Positions 49,891 through 61,550 of a stretch of DNA of 64,000 bases are shown here, piece by piece; positions within the stretch are counted from its first letter, which is position 1, and every line of letters starts with the position of its first letter. The position numbers and the translations under genes were made by a program. Under the pieces are notes generated by a model. It did not search any database and was not told the origin of the DNA. It saw only the letters and a list, made by a program, of their open reading frames with translations. The stretch is from Lama guanicoe (taxonomy: Eukaryota), in assembly GCA_013239625.1 (NCBI GenBank), contig MU054220.1:3101374-3165373 (forward strand), written 5' to 3'.

Positions 49891-52384
49891 GCGCTCACCC
49901 CCGTGCGCACACACTGTCTGCTCCAGCACTGGGCTCAGCACTGAGCCTGTAGGGCAGATGCCTGGGGAATCCTCCAGAGAAGCCCTCTGGGCAGCCTCTG
50001 GGCAGGACGACTCACGCGCTTAGAGGTGGAAGTGACCTCTTCCTTGCGCTACTTGGGAAACCGGCCTTGATGGGCAGGGTGCTTGCCCAAGGTCACAGTG
50101 AGCTAAGGGCTTAATGAACACGTCCTAGAATCTGTTTGGAATGAGACACAGTCAAGTCTAGTCCTCACTTCCCACTTTTGACCCCACCGGGGTCATTCAT
50201 TCTGTGTCTTGAACGCCTCCCATGGTGGGGATTATTTCCTGGGTAGCCTCTTCTTGGAATAGCTTGGACTCTTACAAAAGCTCTTCCTTCTGTTGACCCA
50301 CAATTGTCCTTTTGTCTCTCCTTCGCGGAGTTGGTATCATCTCCTGAGTCCACAGGGATTATCCCCGCAGACTAGCAGCTGCCTGGAGACAGTTACCACA
50401 CCCCTCGCTCCCCGTCCTCTGTCGGTCTCTGTACAGGGCTGACTCAGGCCCTTCTGTCCCCTCTTGACAAGGTTTGTGCCCCTTGCCCACCTGTCACTCT
50501 CATCTGAAGAGCTCCAGGCTGGGGTGGATTGGATCTTCTTCCTGGGCTGGTACATCTCGAAACTAGAACAACACTGAGCTCAAGGCAGAAAAGGAAGTAA
50601 ATGCTTTTTTAGCAGGATGACAGTCAGGAAATCTCTGCTGACTTTCAAAGGAGCAGAGCCACACAGATAAAATCTACCCCTCCCTTTCTCCTCCCCTACT
50701 GCCCCTCAGGACTTAGAACTCCTCCCCGAAGTCCCCTGCTTTCCCCCCATCCCCAGCATGAGGTTGAGTAGCTCACAAACTACAGGAAAGCCTCCAAGAA
50801 GAGGCTGGGAAAGAGTGGTAATGATTAAGGGTTAAGTTAGAGAATGGACAGTTTGAACATTCATCAGATCCTCTACCAATGTGTGCACGCATCTTCATGG
50901 GCCTGTATTTGACTGACTGACGGGTTATAGATAGACTGATAATCCTTTTGTGATAGGGAAAGTAGCAGGAGTTGGACCTGGACCCCCTCTGCAGGGTTTA
51001 TTCTGATGGGAACAGGAGGACATAATCCCCTTCCCTATTTTAAACCTCATACTCCTATTAATGCAACCTAAGGACACATAGGCTTTTTAGTAGTTGCACG
51101 TTCCCATTGATTCAATTTATACTTAATGTTGAATAAAAGCCCTCTGATGTTCCTTCCTCCTGAGCCACATTTTTGCCCATTGTAGCTCTCCTTCCCGCAA
51201 TCATACTCTGTTGCCATTGTGTGCTGGGTTATCCAAATCTGTTAGCCCAGATGGGGTGGACAGCTTAGCCCTGTGGCTAACCACTTGGGACCTCTCTGGA
51301 GTCGAACTGACAGTCATCCTGCCAGAAGCCCCTGCCTCCACACCACTCTCCTCTCCCCGCCCCCCTCGCCCCATCCATTCCTCCTTGCTGGGCCACCCTG
51401 AAGGACCCAGCCTCCTCTTCTTCCCACAGTCATCCATCCGGGCCTGAGCACAGGAGCCACGAAGCAGAGGCAGGAGGTGAGACTGGAAACACTTCTATTT
51501 TCACTCTGACATTTTCAGTTTGTGAAAAACCTCACTTGAATCTCACTCTGATGTTTGCTCCTTTGAAGGGGAAGGAAGGGCTGAGTCTTTTCCACTCTGG
51601 GCTGAATTCCTTAGGAAATTCCCCACTTTCCCCGACACCAGCCCCTTCTTCATAAACTTGAGGGCATGAGCAGTTGTGGAAAAAATAAATAGATGAAAAA
51701 CCAGAATTAGCCTTAGATTAAAACCGCCTGGAAGAGTGGGGCCAGGAGACAGGAAGGCCAAAAGGGGCCCCCAGAGCGATCCTGTAGGCTCCACGTGGAG
51801 ACCAAACTGGACCCAAGATGGGGAGGTTCCTCTTGGAACCTCCTTCTCTCCAGGATCCTCAGGGTCCGTGGCTTAATGCTGGTTCATCTCAGACCTTCCA
51901 GCCCCAACCGGGGAAAGAGGCTACTCTGAGGAGGGAGGCTGGGCCGGGAGACCTCAGCCTTGGAGAGTTTAATTAGGGCATTGGCTTTTTATTGGAAGGT
52001 TAGAATGATTTCCACTCCTGGAGACATTAGGAGGCCCAACAAATTCTATCACTGCTTTATAGTTTGGAAATACAATATAGATTTTACTGCGGGCCTTGGT
52101 GTCATCCTTTAAACAACTGCGGAGTCTGATAAAGCAGAGAAGCTAGTAAAGCAGGACCGCGGAAGGCCAGCTAGGTCCTCACGTGTCAACACGGCGCTCT
52201 CTGGGAAGGCGTGGCCTCCCTTTCTGATGGGGAAAACTGGATGCCTGGTTAACCTGCTGGACCCCACAAGTCATCGGAAAAGTGTTACTGAGAAATTCTT
52301 CTAGATCTGGGAACTCAGGGGGTCTCTGGCTGGGGGTCCCCTCCCTTTTGAGGATTTTATTTGAAACCTCTTCCTCCAGAATGT

Positions 52385-52528
52385 CTTTCTTTTCTTGTTT
52401 GTTTTTGTTTCTTTTGAGGGGAGGGGGCGGGAATTAAGCTTATTTACTTATTTAACCTTATTTTTTTTTTAGCGGAGGTGCATGCTAAGCAGGTACTCTG
52501 TTACTGAGCTATACCACTCCCCCCCCAC
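52385..52528 (-). mobile_element. Camelid Vic-1-like SINE with B-box region deleted
   Basis: Reverse complement reads ggtatagctcagtaacagagtacctgcttagcatgcacctccgct, then A-rich part and taattcccgccccctcccc. Confidence 0.8.
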
Positions 52529-53169
52529 CCCCCACCTCCGTGAGGGTTTATTTTGATTTAGTTCAGCAGTTGTCTGTTGGGTTAGCCAAACCTGCTAGCC
52601 CAGACAGGGTGGACCTTTACTAGGTGCCAGGCCTGCGGGGGGCGGGTACTGAGATGAACAGTGCACCGTCCTGTCCCCGTGGAGCTCACAGTCTGGAGCG
52701 GGGAGGTGAGCTGGGGAACAATGAATGATAATGTCGGACAAAGCAGAGGACAGAGAAAGTCACACGAGGTGGTGGCGGTTAGAGGAAAGAGGGATGGATC
52801 CTGCCAGGGGAGCATCTGGGAGGGTATCACAGAGGACATGATATATGAGCAAGGCCTTGAAGGATGAAAAGGTTTTAACCGATGTCCCTCTGGGGCTGCA
52901 AACTTGCTTCACTTTCCATCTTCCTCATCTTAACTCAGTGGCTCTGCCACCTGGGGTGTTTAGGCCAGAAACCCAAGAGAATCATCACCCACATCCCACC
53001 CGTCACCAAGTCCTATTGATCTACCATCAAAATATATGTCAGTTCTGTCCCATTCTCTCCACTGCCACTGCTACTGCTCTCTTGCCTGGACGCTGCAGTA
53101 TCTTCGCTAGTAGACATTTGTCGTGTAGGGCCACCCAGCCTCCTCTCACTGTATTTTCCATAACAGATC

Positions 53170-53695
53170 CTCGTTCTCATCTGGGAGATGTACCTCTTCA
53201 CCTTCTAGGCACATAATTCCAAGGAAGCTGGCTCCATCCCTGGCTCTAGGGTTATAGCATATGATCCAGGCCAGGCCAACGGCTCCTTTCATTCCTCTGG
53301 CTGGCAATTGGTCCAGGGATGGGCACAAGACTTAGGTCAGACCAATCAGAGCCAATGAGACTTCATTCCAGGACTTGATTGTGTTCTTAGGGAAGCAGAC
53401 TCAATTCTTTCCTGGATGTGCCTGGACAAGAACAGATATAGGACTGGAGCTTTGCCAGCCATCTTGCCCCCATGCAGCATGATCCTTGGGGAAAATGGAG
53501 CCACCTAGAGGAAGAAGGGACAAGAGATAGAGGGAAAGAAACTGGATCATGGCAACATTGTCTGAACCTTGATCAAGCCTTACCTGAATTCCTTCCCCAT
53601 ATTTGGGCTTTCAGCTACACTTATTAATAAATTCAATTTTTACTTGAACTGTTTTGGGTTGGATTTTTCTGACATTTGCAATCAAAAAAATAATG
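53170..53695 (+). mobile_element. MaLR solo LTR (MLT1K-like)
   Basis: attggtccagggatgggcacaagac...ccaatcagagcc...cagccatcttg...aataaattc...gggttggatttttctgacatttgcaa. Confidence 0.8.
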
Positions 53696-53967
53696 TAGTT
53701 TCCCCACACTCTCTCCTGCTCCCACACCCCTGCAATGTTTTTCACACTGTAAAACCCTTTAGCCACTGTCCATTGCCCTAAGGATAAAATCCCCAAATCC
53801 TTAACATAGCCCGTGAAGCCCAGCATGATTTGGATTCAGCTTCTTTCTCAGTCTCATTCATTACAATCCAGCCACGCTGAATTCTCAGTGTTTCAAACAT
53901 GCCAGCTTTTTTCCAGCTCCCAGAGCCTCCCCATACACCATGTGAAAAGACAACCTAGACAGCATCT

Positions 53968-55013
53968 CTGAGGAATGGCTGCCCCAAAACACAAACTACA
54001 GTGTGTCCCTCGCTTCTTCAAAATCATCTTCCACGGGATCATTATTTCTCCCCCTGTAACTCTCTGTCCTAGCTTGTCACCTGATTGGTTTCTACTCACC
54101 CTTCAGATCTCAGCTCAAAGAGGCCTGCTCTAAATGTGGTTAGTCACCATGACACTTTCTCATAGCATCTCCTTTCATTCTTTATAATGCTGACCCAACC
54201 AGCAGTTAGGTGTGTGTACGTGTGTGTGTGTGTGTGTGTGTGTGTAGGTGAATGTTTGTTCACTCCATCAGGCCAGAAGCCATGCCTGTCTTTTTCATCA
54301 TGCTATCTCTTATGCCTGGAAGAGTTCCTGGTACATTCCAGAGGCTCAGCAAATACTATTTGACTGGCAGAGTGAAGAAAAGTTGAGGATTGAGTTGGAC
54401 GATCCTGCCTCAGTTTATAACAGGGGCAGAATTTCAGTGTCTGAACAGGCAGCATGTATTCAAAGAATCATAAGACCCCTAGAGCAGAGGCTAGATTGAA
54501 CAAGTTGGCTAGGGCCAGATCACGAGGACCTTGAGTACCTGAGATGTTTGCTATTCAGTCTATAAGCCAGTAATTTTCAAAGTCCTGCAAGATGCTCTGC
54601 TGAAGGAAAAGACCAAGCGGATCAGAGGTTAAAGAAGCCTGAAAGCTGATGGATTCTCTAAGACCCTCTGGGGGAGGTACAGTACAAGTGATCATTCCAA
54701 AGCTCTGACAAGTCCTGCAGTGGCAGAATTTTAGGTTAAGTGTTGACAACACTTACAGTTGTTACAATTACAACTGTTACAATTGTAAAATGAATATTTC
54801 CATATTTATGAGATTGATATGCACATGTAACATAGAGTTTCTTTAGTGTCCCTGAAAGCTGGTAATTTGATCAATTAAGTTTCTTACAACTGACAACATC
54901 TTAGAATTGAGGCCACATGACCAGGATTTGCAGAAATAATGATCCCATGGAAGATGATTTTGAAGAAGCGAGGGACATACTGTAACTTGTGTTTTGGGGC
55001 AGCCATTCCTCAG
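53968..55013. repeat. 82-bp inverted repeat (arms 53968-54049 and 54932-55013)
   Basis: 78/82 identical by manual comparison; 882-bp spacer. Confidence 0.97.
54209..54245. repeat. (GT)n microsatellite, interrupted
   Basis: gtgtgtgtacgtgtgtgt... Confidence 0.95.
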
Positions 55014-55826
55014 CAGTGTGAATGTGTCGGGGGCTGCCATGCAGGGGTTAGAAGCCTGAAATCTGGACCTCTCACCCCTATTAAGTCTCCGGCTGCTGAC
55101 AGGGTTGCTAGTGAGTCGCTGACTCTGGGGTCTGCGAATAGGAGAATTTAATTAGGACACTGGGGTGTTGTTGAAAGGTTGGATCAATTTCCCCTAGCGG
55201 AGGCCTTCTGTCTTCTTTTGTGAGAAGACAATCTAGAAAGCACCTCCTGACTTTTGTACAGCTGTCCAGAGATGCTCGTTGGTGCCTGGATTGATGCTGT
55301 TCATGGAGCCTTCGGGTGGGACCGTGGCTCTTCTCCACCTTCCAAACACATCCAGGGCTGAGGCACCGCGGCTCTTTCCTTGGCTAATTGCAAAGGCCTC
55401 CTAACTGATCTCCCTGCTCTACCCTGCAGTGTACTCTCAACACCACAGCCCAAGAGATTTCTTTAAAAACGCAAGTCAAATGATGTCACTCATCTGCTCA
55501 AAATCCTGGGATGATCCTCCATTTCACTTAGGGGACAGCCTGTGTCCTCACCAGGGTCTACAAGGCCCTACACTGCCTGACCTCAACCCCTGTGACTCTC
55601 CCCAGTCCAACAAGCTGCCTCAGGGCCTGTGCACTTACTGTTCCTCAGCCTGGTGCCCACTCCCCAGGGAGCCATATGGCTAACTCCCACATTTTAAAGT
55701 CTTTGCTCCAATGCTGCATCTCAGTGGTGCTTTCTCTCCCACCTACTGAACATTATACCCCGATCACTCTGCGTCCTCCTTTCCTGCTCAATTTCTCTTC
55801 ATACCACCCTGCACCTTCTAACATAC

Positions 55827-56414
55827 TGTGCTGGGCAGAGTTCCAGATGCCCGCAGACTCCAGCCCCCTGGTGTCCACACACCTTGTCCTGGTTATTCAA
55901 TCAAACATGGATCTAGATGCCACTGTGAAGGGATTTTGCAGATGGAATTAAGGTCCTAAATCATTAGTTGACTTTAAAAAGGGGAGATTATCCTCCGGAG
56001 CCTAACCTGATTAGGTGAACCCTTCAAAGGGACTGGGATTCCCCTGGCGAGAGAGATTCAAAGCTTGAGCTTTTACATGTGCGAGAAGTTCTCCATTGCT
56101 GGCTTTGAAGATGGAGAGACCACGTGGCTAGGACCTGAGAGCCACCTCTAGGAGCTAAGAGTAACCCCCACTGGCAGCCAGTGAGGAACTCAATTCCTTC
56201 AACATCCATGTGAACTGGAAGGAGGACCCTGGGCTCCGGAAGGGAAGGCAGCCCGGCTACCGACTTGATTTCAGCCACATGAGACTCTGAGCAGAGACCC
56301 CAGCTAACCGGGGCCAGCACTCGAGCCCAGGGAAATTGTCAGATCATTCGTGTGTCTTGCTTCCAGCCACCAAATGTGTGGTAATTTGTTATACAGCAAT
56401 AGAAAACTAATACA
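55827..56414 (+). mobile_element. MaLR solo LTR (MLT1E-like)
   Basis: ctgtgaagggattttgcagatggaattaaggtcc...gctggctttgaagatgga...gtggtaatttgttatacagcaatagaaaactaataca. Confidence 0.9.
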
Positions 56415-56415
56415 A

Positions 56416-56560
56416 TGGAGGGGAGGTATAGCTCAGTGGCAGAGTGTGTGCTTAGCATGCATGAGGTCCTGGGTTCACTCCCTGCAGTACCTCCATTTAA
56501 AAATAAATAAATAAACAAATAATTAAAAAAAGAACTATAACAACAACAACAACAAAAACC
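56416..56560 (+). mobile_element. Camelid Vic-1-like SINE with TSD
   Basis: ggtatagctcagtggcagagtgtgtgcttagcatgcatgaggtcctgggttcactccc then A-rich tail; TSD ctaatacaa at 56407-56415 and 56561-56569. Confidence 0.9.
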
Positions 56561-57489
56561 CTAATACAACAAGCCACACGTTTCTTTTGTTTATCATCTG
56601 TCTCCTCTGCTGGGATGTAAGCCCCAGGAGGGCAGGGATTTTGATCTGTTCTGTTTGCTGCTCTATCCTTAGTGCCTAGCACAGTGCCTGCCATATGGTA
56701 GGTGTTCAGTAAATGCTGGTTGAATGAATGAGTGGGAGTGGGCCTGGCATCAGCATGGCCCTGCCTTCCAGGAGTCCTTGGCCTTAGGAGATGTACCCCA
56801 TTGGTAAATAACAAGGTAGAAAGAGCTAATGGAGCAGAAGAGGTGAGTGCAGTTTGTTTGCTATAAATCTCTCTGGCTGCCCAGCGAGGATCTGTATTTT
56901 CACAGCCCCAGCAAAGCCCTCTGCTCTGAGAGGAGCGTAGTTGAGAAATTACTGCCCACCCTGGGTAATTAAAGCTGGCTTGGCACCCCCCTCCCAACCT
57001 TCCTGCGCTCACGAGGGGGTTGCTGGGGGATGCCTGGTCACCCTGTGCTGAGAAGGAAGCCTCTCGAACACCTACCTGTCTAAGTAATTAACCTATTAAA
57101 ATGAAAGCGATAAATCCTGGTGCCAAGGTGAGGCATGGTGGTGGTCTCTGCTGTGTTTCTTTCATTTCAATTTCAAAGCCCATGTCACTGTTGCTTCAGA
57201 GCCACAAGGATAATGAGTTTGTGTGCTGTCTGGCTCCCGGGGATGGGCCACTGTTTTGAGACCTGAGATGAGGCTGCTGTTCCCCAAACCCAGTAGCCCT
57301 GGTTTGGGACTAGCTGACACTGATCTTTGGATGAGCTGGGTCAGAAGTCTGGAGGGGATTTGGGGAGGAGATTCTAGACCTCTCCTCTCAGTTTTCTATG
57401 TCTGCCTCCAGCCTCCTACTCTAGCTAAGTAGAGGTTGGAGTCAGAAGCCCAGGATCTTAGAATTTTAGAGCAGGAAAAAAGCATAAAG

Positions 57490-57880
57490 GTCTTTCATGA
57501 TACAACTAGAGGGCTGAGGGCCAGAGAGAGTGAGAGATTTGCTTGAGGTCACACAGCAAGTCAAAGGCAGAGCCAGGACTGGAAACAGGGCTCCTTCTAC
57601 CATAACTACCAGTCTCTTTACCTCTTTGATAACCTCACTCCACAGAGGGAAACAAGATCTCCATTTCCAGCCCTCTGAGGGTCTGTTTAGAGTTTCTGAG
57701 ACCAGGCCAGGGATGGAGGCTGCGCTGAGAATCTGAATCCCAGGAGGGATATCATCAGCCCCACAGACTCCAATTTACAGATGAGGAAACTGAAGCCTGG
57801 AGAGGAGCAGTGCTGGCCAAGGCCTCCTGGCCAGTCAATGGTGAGAATCTAGAATTTCCAGCCCCTGGCTAGTGCTACCT
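57490..57880 (-). mobile_element. Two antisense MIR fragments (about 57490-57610 and 57770-57880)
   Basis: ctgagggccagagagagtgagagatttgcttgaggtcacacagc; tttacagatgaggaaactgaagcctggagagg. Confidence 0.75.
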
Positions 57881-58689
57881 TCCCTGACTCCCTCCACGTT
57901 GTCTCTTCCTGTTAGGAAGGAGATGTCCTTTGAATCAGGAGCCTCTCGGAAGGAGCTGATGGGGACGAAACAGCATGTAAAAGGGACAGCTTGAATCAGC
58001 ACCTGGAGGTGTAACTGAGCTCTTGGGCCCCCTCCCCCTGCCGCCCCCGCCCAATTGCTCTGGGAGGGCTCAGCTTAATGGTGTATTTCCTCCTTAAATT
58101 AATTGACTGCAGCTTGTGGAGCAAGTCCACCCATTCTGCAGAGTGTTGGAAAAATCACCCCAGGCCACACCCCCCACCTCATATAGAAGGCCCGGGGCTC
58201 AGTGAGGCCAGAGGTTCACAACTGTCATAGGCACTCACATCCCTTAAGAGGACCTGCTTTCCTCCCTGGACTTGGGACAGTAGTCGTAACCTGAAACTCA
58301 CCGATGAAGAAAATAATTGGTGACTAAAGCTTCTAGGAATTCAGCCACATTTAAAAAGAAATTTATATTCACATGTCCTAATTGCATCTCCAACACTTGG
58401 AGGAAAAAAAGCGCAGCTTACCAATGTGCAGAGCATGATTTAGTCCCCAGACACAGGTAGGGACATTTGAGGGTCCCTCTGATTACCCATCAGGCCCCAT
58501 GCCCCTGGCTTGGGAACTTTACAGAGCATTCTCCTTTTCTTTCTCTCTTGGGAATGCGCACAATCACCAGGTATTATTCCCATTTTAAAGACGAGGAAAC
58601 TGAGGTCCAGGGCCTTGTCTTCGTTCAAAATGCACTGACTGCTTTCTGGGAACCCCAATAATGTTGAGTAATAGGTGAATAATCTCAAA

Positions 58690-58870
58690 TTCCCTAGATT
58701 TTATCCTGGCTTCCCGTCATCCGCTGTGTGATCTTTGGAATGTTACCAGCCTCTCTGGGCCTCAGTTTCCTTATCTTTGTGAGAGGGTCCGAATATATCT
58801 ACTTGCAGGGTTGTGTGAGGATTCAATGAGCTAATACCTGTGAATGTTTGAGAAATGCTAGCAATTGTCA
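58690..58870 (+). mobile_element. MIR SINE
   Basis: gctgtgtgatctttgg...ctctctgggcctcagtttccttatct...gtgaggattcaatgagctaata. Confidence 0.8.
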
Positions 58871-58889
58871 ACATCACCATCATGGCAGA

Positions 58890-59400
58890 CGGTTAAGCCA
58901 GGGAAAAGTCCCGCCAGCGAGCCGCATCCCTGGGTTCAATTGAATCTGAAAACAATGAACCAGCCCCAGTAAGTGTTTTCAGTCCTGACAATCAGGGGAG
59001 GGTTAAAAAAAGAAGAAGAAAGAAAGAAAAAAAAGTGAGACCAAATTATTTTCTTTAGGGAGAAAGAAATCTCATTTGGAGGCACGCTCTGTAGGGGGAG
59101 AAGGTGGTGCAGGGTGTAATACACGATCTGTCCATCTTCACGCGGCTTCGGAATTGCTGCTGGCATTTCTAGCAAGAAGCCGCCACCGGCCCCACTTCCT
59201 GTAATATCCTAATTAAAGTGCTGTTATTCATATGGGAGGTACTGTGGCCAAGTGACAGGCCTGGGGCCGGGAGCAGAGGTTGGAGGCTGGGAGGGGCGGG
59301 CTGTCAGCTTCCCGCCGAGTGCTCCTCTGCTTGCTGCCTGCGCCCTGGCCCTCCCCGCCCGGCGCGGACATCATCTGCTGCCGGCTGTCCCCTGCTCACC
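58890..59400. promoter_or_regulatory. CpG-enriched candidate cis-regulatory element
   Basis: Apparently the densest CpG cluster in the window (by eye); GC boxes gggcggg/ccccgccc, ETS cacttcctg, ctaattaa, tgacag/ctgtca. Confidence 0.45.
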
Positions 59401-60191
59401 ACCAGGCATAAGCTGTGGCGATGGGGAGTCCAGGTCCCCTGGAGGGACTCTCCTGCTGTGCCCAGGGCGCTCCTGCTACAGCGAAGGGAGTGGGGGAATT
59501 CGGGAGAAGGGCTTCTTGGAGCTCCGAAGGGTGGAGAGGTGGGAGAAGGGGGAACAGACTGCAGTGAGGGGAGCAAAGAAGGAGAGAAGGGTGGCAGGAA
59601 GGAAAGGGACAGGAGCTGAGAACCCCGCCTCCGGGTGCCAGACCAGGGCTCTCTGTGTCCATCATCCCTCAGAGCCGCACAGCAATCGGTTGAGGCAGGT
59701 ACTATAGTTAATCCTTTCCCCACACTGCAGTTTCCTCACCTGCAACGTGAGAGGTGGGCTGAGTGGATTCTGAAGGGCCAAATGAAATGAGAGAGAGGAA
59801 GAGGAGATAGGAACAAGGGTGGACAGAGGAAAAGGCGAGGAGGAGAGGTGGGGGAAGAGAGGAGGGCTGCAGCAGCTGGAGAGCCTTCAGTGATGGGGGA
59901 GTGGGTTCCGAGCTTCAGCAGAGAGACACCCAGGGAAGCCAGGGAGTTCTGAGCGCTCTTCCCCACAGCCAGGAAGCCGGGGAGGGGGCTGCTCAAGTCC
60001 CCCAACCCCGCTCCCCAGGGGGCAACTTTTGTAGAATGTTTCAGATGTTGTCGTGGGGTGAGCATAGTCCTTGGGATCTGGAAGCAGCAGGAGCTGGTAA
60101 GAGTTGAGTTTCAGGCTGGGGTGGTGGTAGGGGAAGTACTGGGCATCGGGGTGGCCAGGCCTCAGAAGGGGCTGACTCTTAAGGAGGACCA

Positions 60192-60215
60192 GTGTGTGTG
60201 TGTGTGTGTGTGTGT
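60192..60215. repeat. (GT)n microsatellite
   Basis: pure GT run. Confidence 0.95.
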
Positions 60216-60699
60216 ACAGACCTGGCAGTGGGTGATTCACCAGACATCTGCCTTAAGCTCGTAAACTGTCTAACCAAAGTGAATCTGGCACCTCGATGAG
60301 CACCTACTGTATGCAGGAGCCTGAAAGTGTCAGCACTGCCCATGCCTCCTCTACCTCATTTTATCTCCTTGACTCCCCTGTGGAGAAAATGGTGGGTGAA
60401 TCCTGACACTGCAAGGAAACCTACTCAGAGAGCTTCAACCCCTTGTGAAGATCAGCCTGCAGATGACAGGCAGCCCAGCTGGGATGCTCACTTGGGTCAT
60501 CTGCTTCACAGGTGGCCTCTTAACCTGGGGCCAAACTGCCAACTTGGAGCACCGCTCTGGGCCAAGCCCTGGGGCTTCAGTGGGAGAAACCACCCTCCTT
60601 GCCTTTCAGATGTCCTCAGACTGATGGGGGAGGCAGACTCAGAGCTGGCCAACCTGCTACGGACAGGATCAGTGCCATGTCCTGGGTGCCCTGGCTGAA

Positions 60700-61085
60700 G
60701 CCCCTTGGGTGTGAAGGAGAGGGCACCCAAGGCCATGAATCACCTATGGCCATAATTCTTTTCCTTTTCCTCCTCAGCCATCCTCAGAATGGGCCATTCC
60801 CTCATGGTCTTGAAGTGGCTGCAACCGCTCCAAGCATCACAGCCTCACATGGCTGCAACCAGAGGCAGAAAATGACCTGCTTCCTATTGCTCATTTCTTC
60901 TTAAGAGCACTGAGACCTTTCCCAGAACCGCCCCCTCCCCCTAGAAGAATGCCTCTCTTGTTTCCTGGCCAGAATTGCCCCACATGCCCTCCGGTCCCCC
61001 AACAAAGCACTGTCTGGCTTAGACCAATTGTGATTCACTCCCTGGGGCTGGGAGGGGCTCAGTCTTTTCTGGCTTCTGAACAACA
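60700..61085 (-). mobile_element. MaLR LTR (MLT1J-like)
   Basis: cctcatggtcttgaagtggctgcaaccgctccaagcatcaca...ctttcccagaa...tggccagaattgccccacatgccc. Confidence 0.65.
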
Positions 61086-61349
61086 CCGAGCTCTGTGAGT
61101 AGGAAGGTCCACACTGACCCTCCCCTTCCCACTCTGGGTCTCAGCTGTCAAGATTCCTCTCTCAACACTGCCCAGGCGCCTCCCCTCTGGTCAGCCAAGG
61201 ACAGACAAGTATCAGAGTTCCCCGGAGACAGAGGGCTCAGTGTGGGCCAGAGTCCTGGACTGACGCAGAATCTTGTCGCTGTCTGGTCCCCAAATCCCTG
61301 GGCGGCTGACCTCAGCATGGCCTCGGCCCCAAGCCGTCGCAGAACTCCT

Positions 61350-61550
61350 GCTAACACTAATCACATTTACCAGCTTTATCCAAATATCTTTCCTGACAAC
61401 AGCTGGAGAAGTGGTACCATTATCACCATCATTTAGCAGAGCAGGAAAAGGAGACAGACAGGTAGACCATGCAGCTAGAAGTTGGCGGAGCTGGGATGTG
61501 AACCCAGGCAGTCTGACTTCAAAATCTTCTCTCTTAACTGCAGCCCTGTT
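61350..61550 (-). mobile_element. MIR SINE
   Basis: cagctagaagttggcggagctgggatgtgaacccaggcagtctgacttc. Confidence 0.8.

Larger units (their letters stand above)
52880..54365 (+). mobile_element. L2 LINE, interrupted by an MLT1 LTR, a templated insertion and a (GT)n tract
   Basis: caccaagtccta...tctccactgccactgc; cattgccctaaggataaaatccccaaatcctt; ctcacccttcagatctcagctcaaa; gaggctcagcaaatactatttg. Confidence 0.75.
55385..56732 (+). mobile_element. L2 LINE 3' region split by an MLT1E-like LTR and a SINE
   Basis: aattgcaaaggcctcctaactgatctccctgc...cctcagggcctgtgcactt; resumes gggcagggatttt...gtgcctagcacagtgcctgccatatggtaggtgttcagtaaatgctggttgaatgaatga. Confidence 0.85.

Noticed and set aside
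53968..55013. 82-bp inverted repeat as the TIRs of a new DNA transposon/MITE
   Set aside because: No TSD, the host L2 continues inside the spacer, and the left arm is fused to a second locally copied segment
53893..55151. Paired ORFs sharing IPWKMILKKRGT as a duplicated micro-gene
   Set aside because: The shared peptide is simply the translation of the inverted repeat; flanks are unrelated
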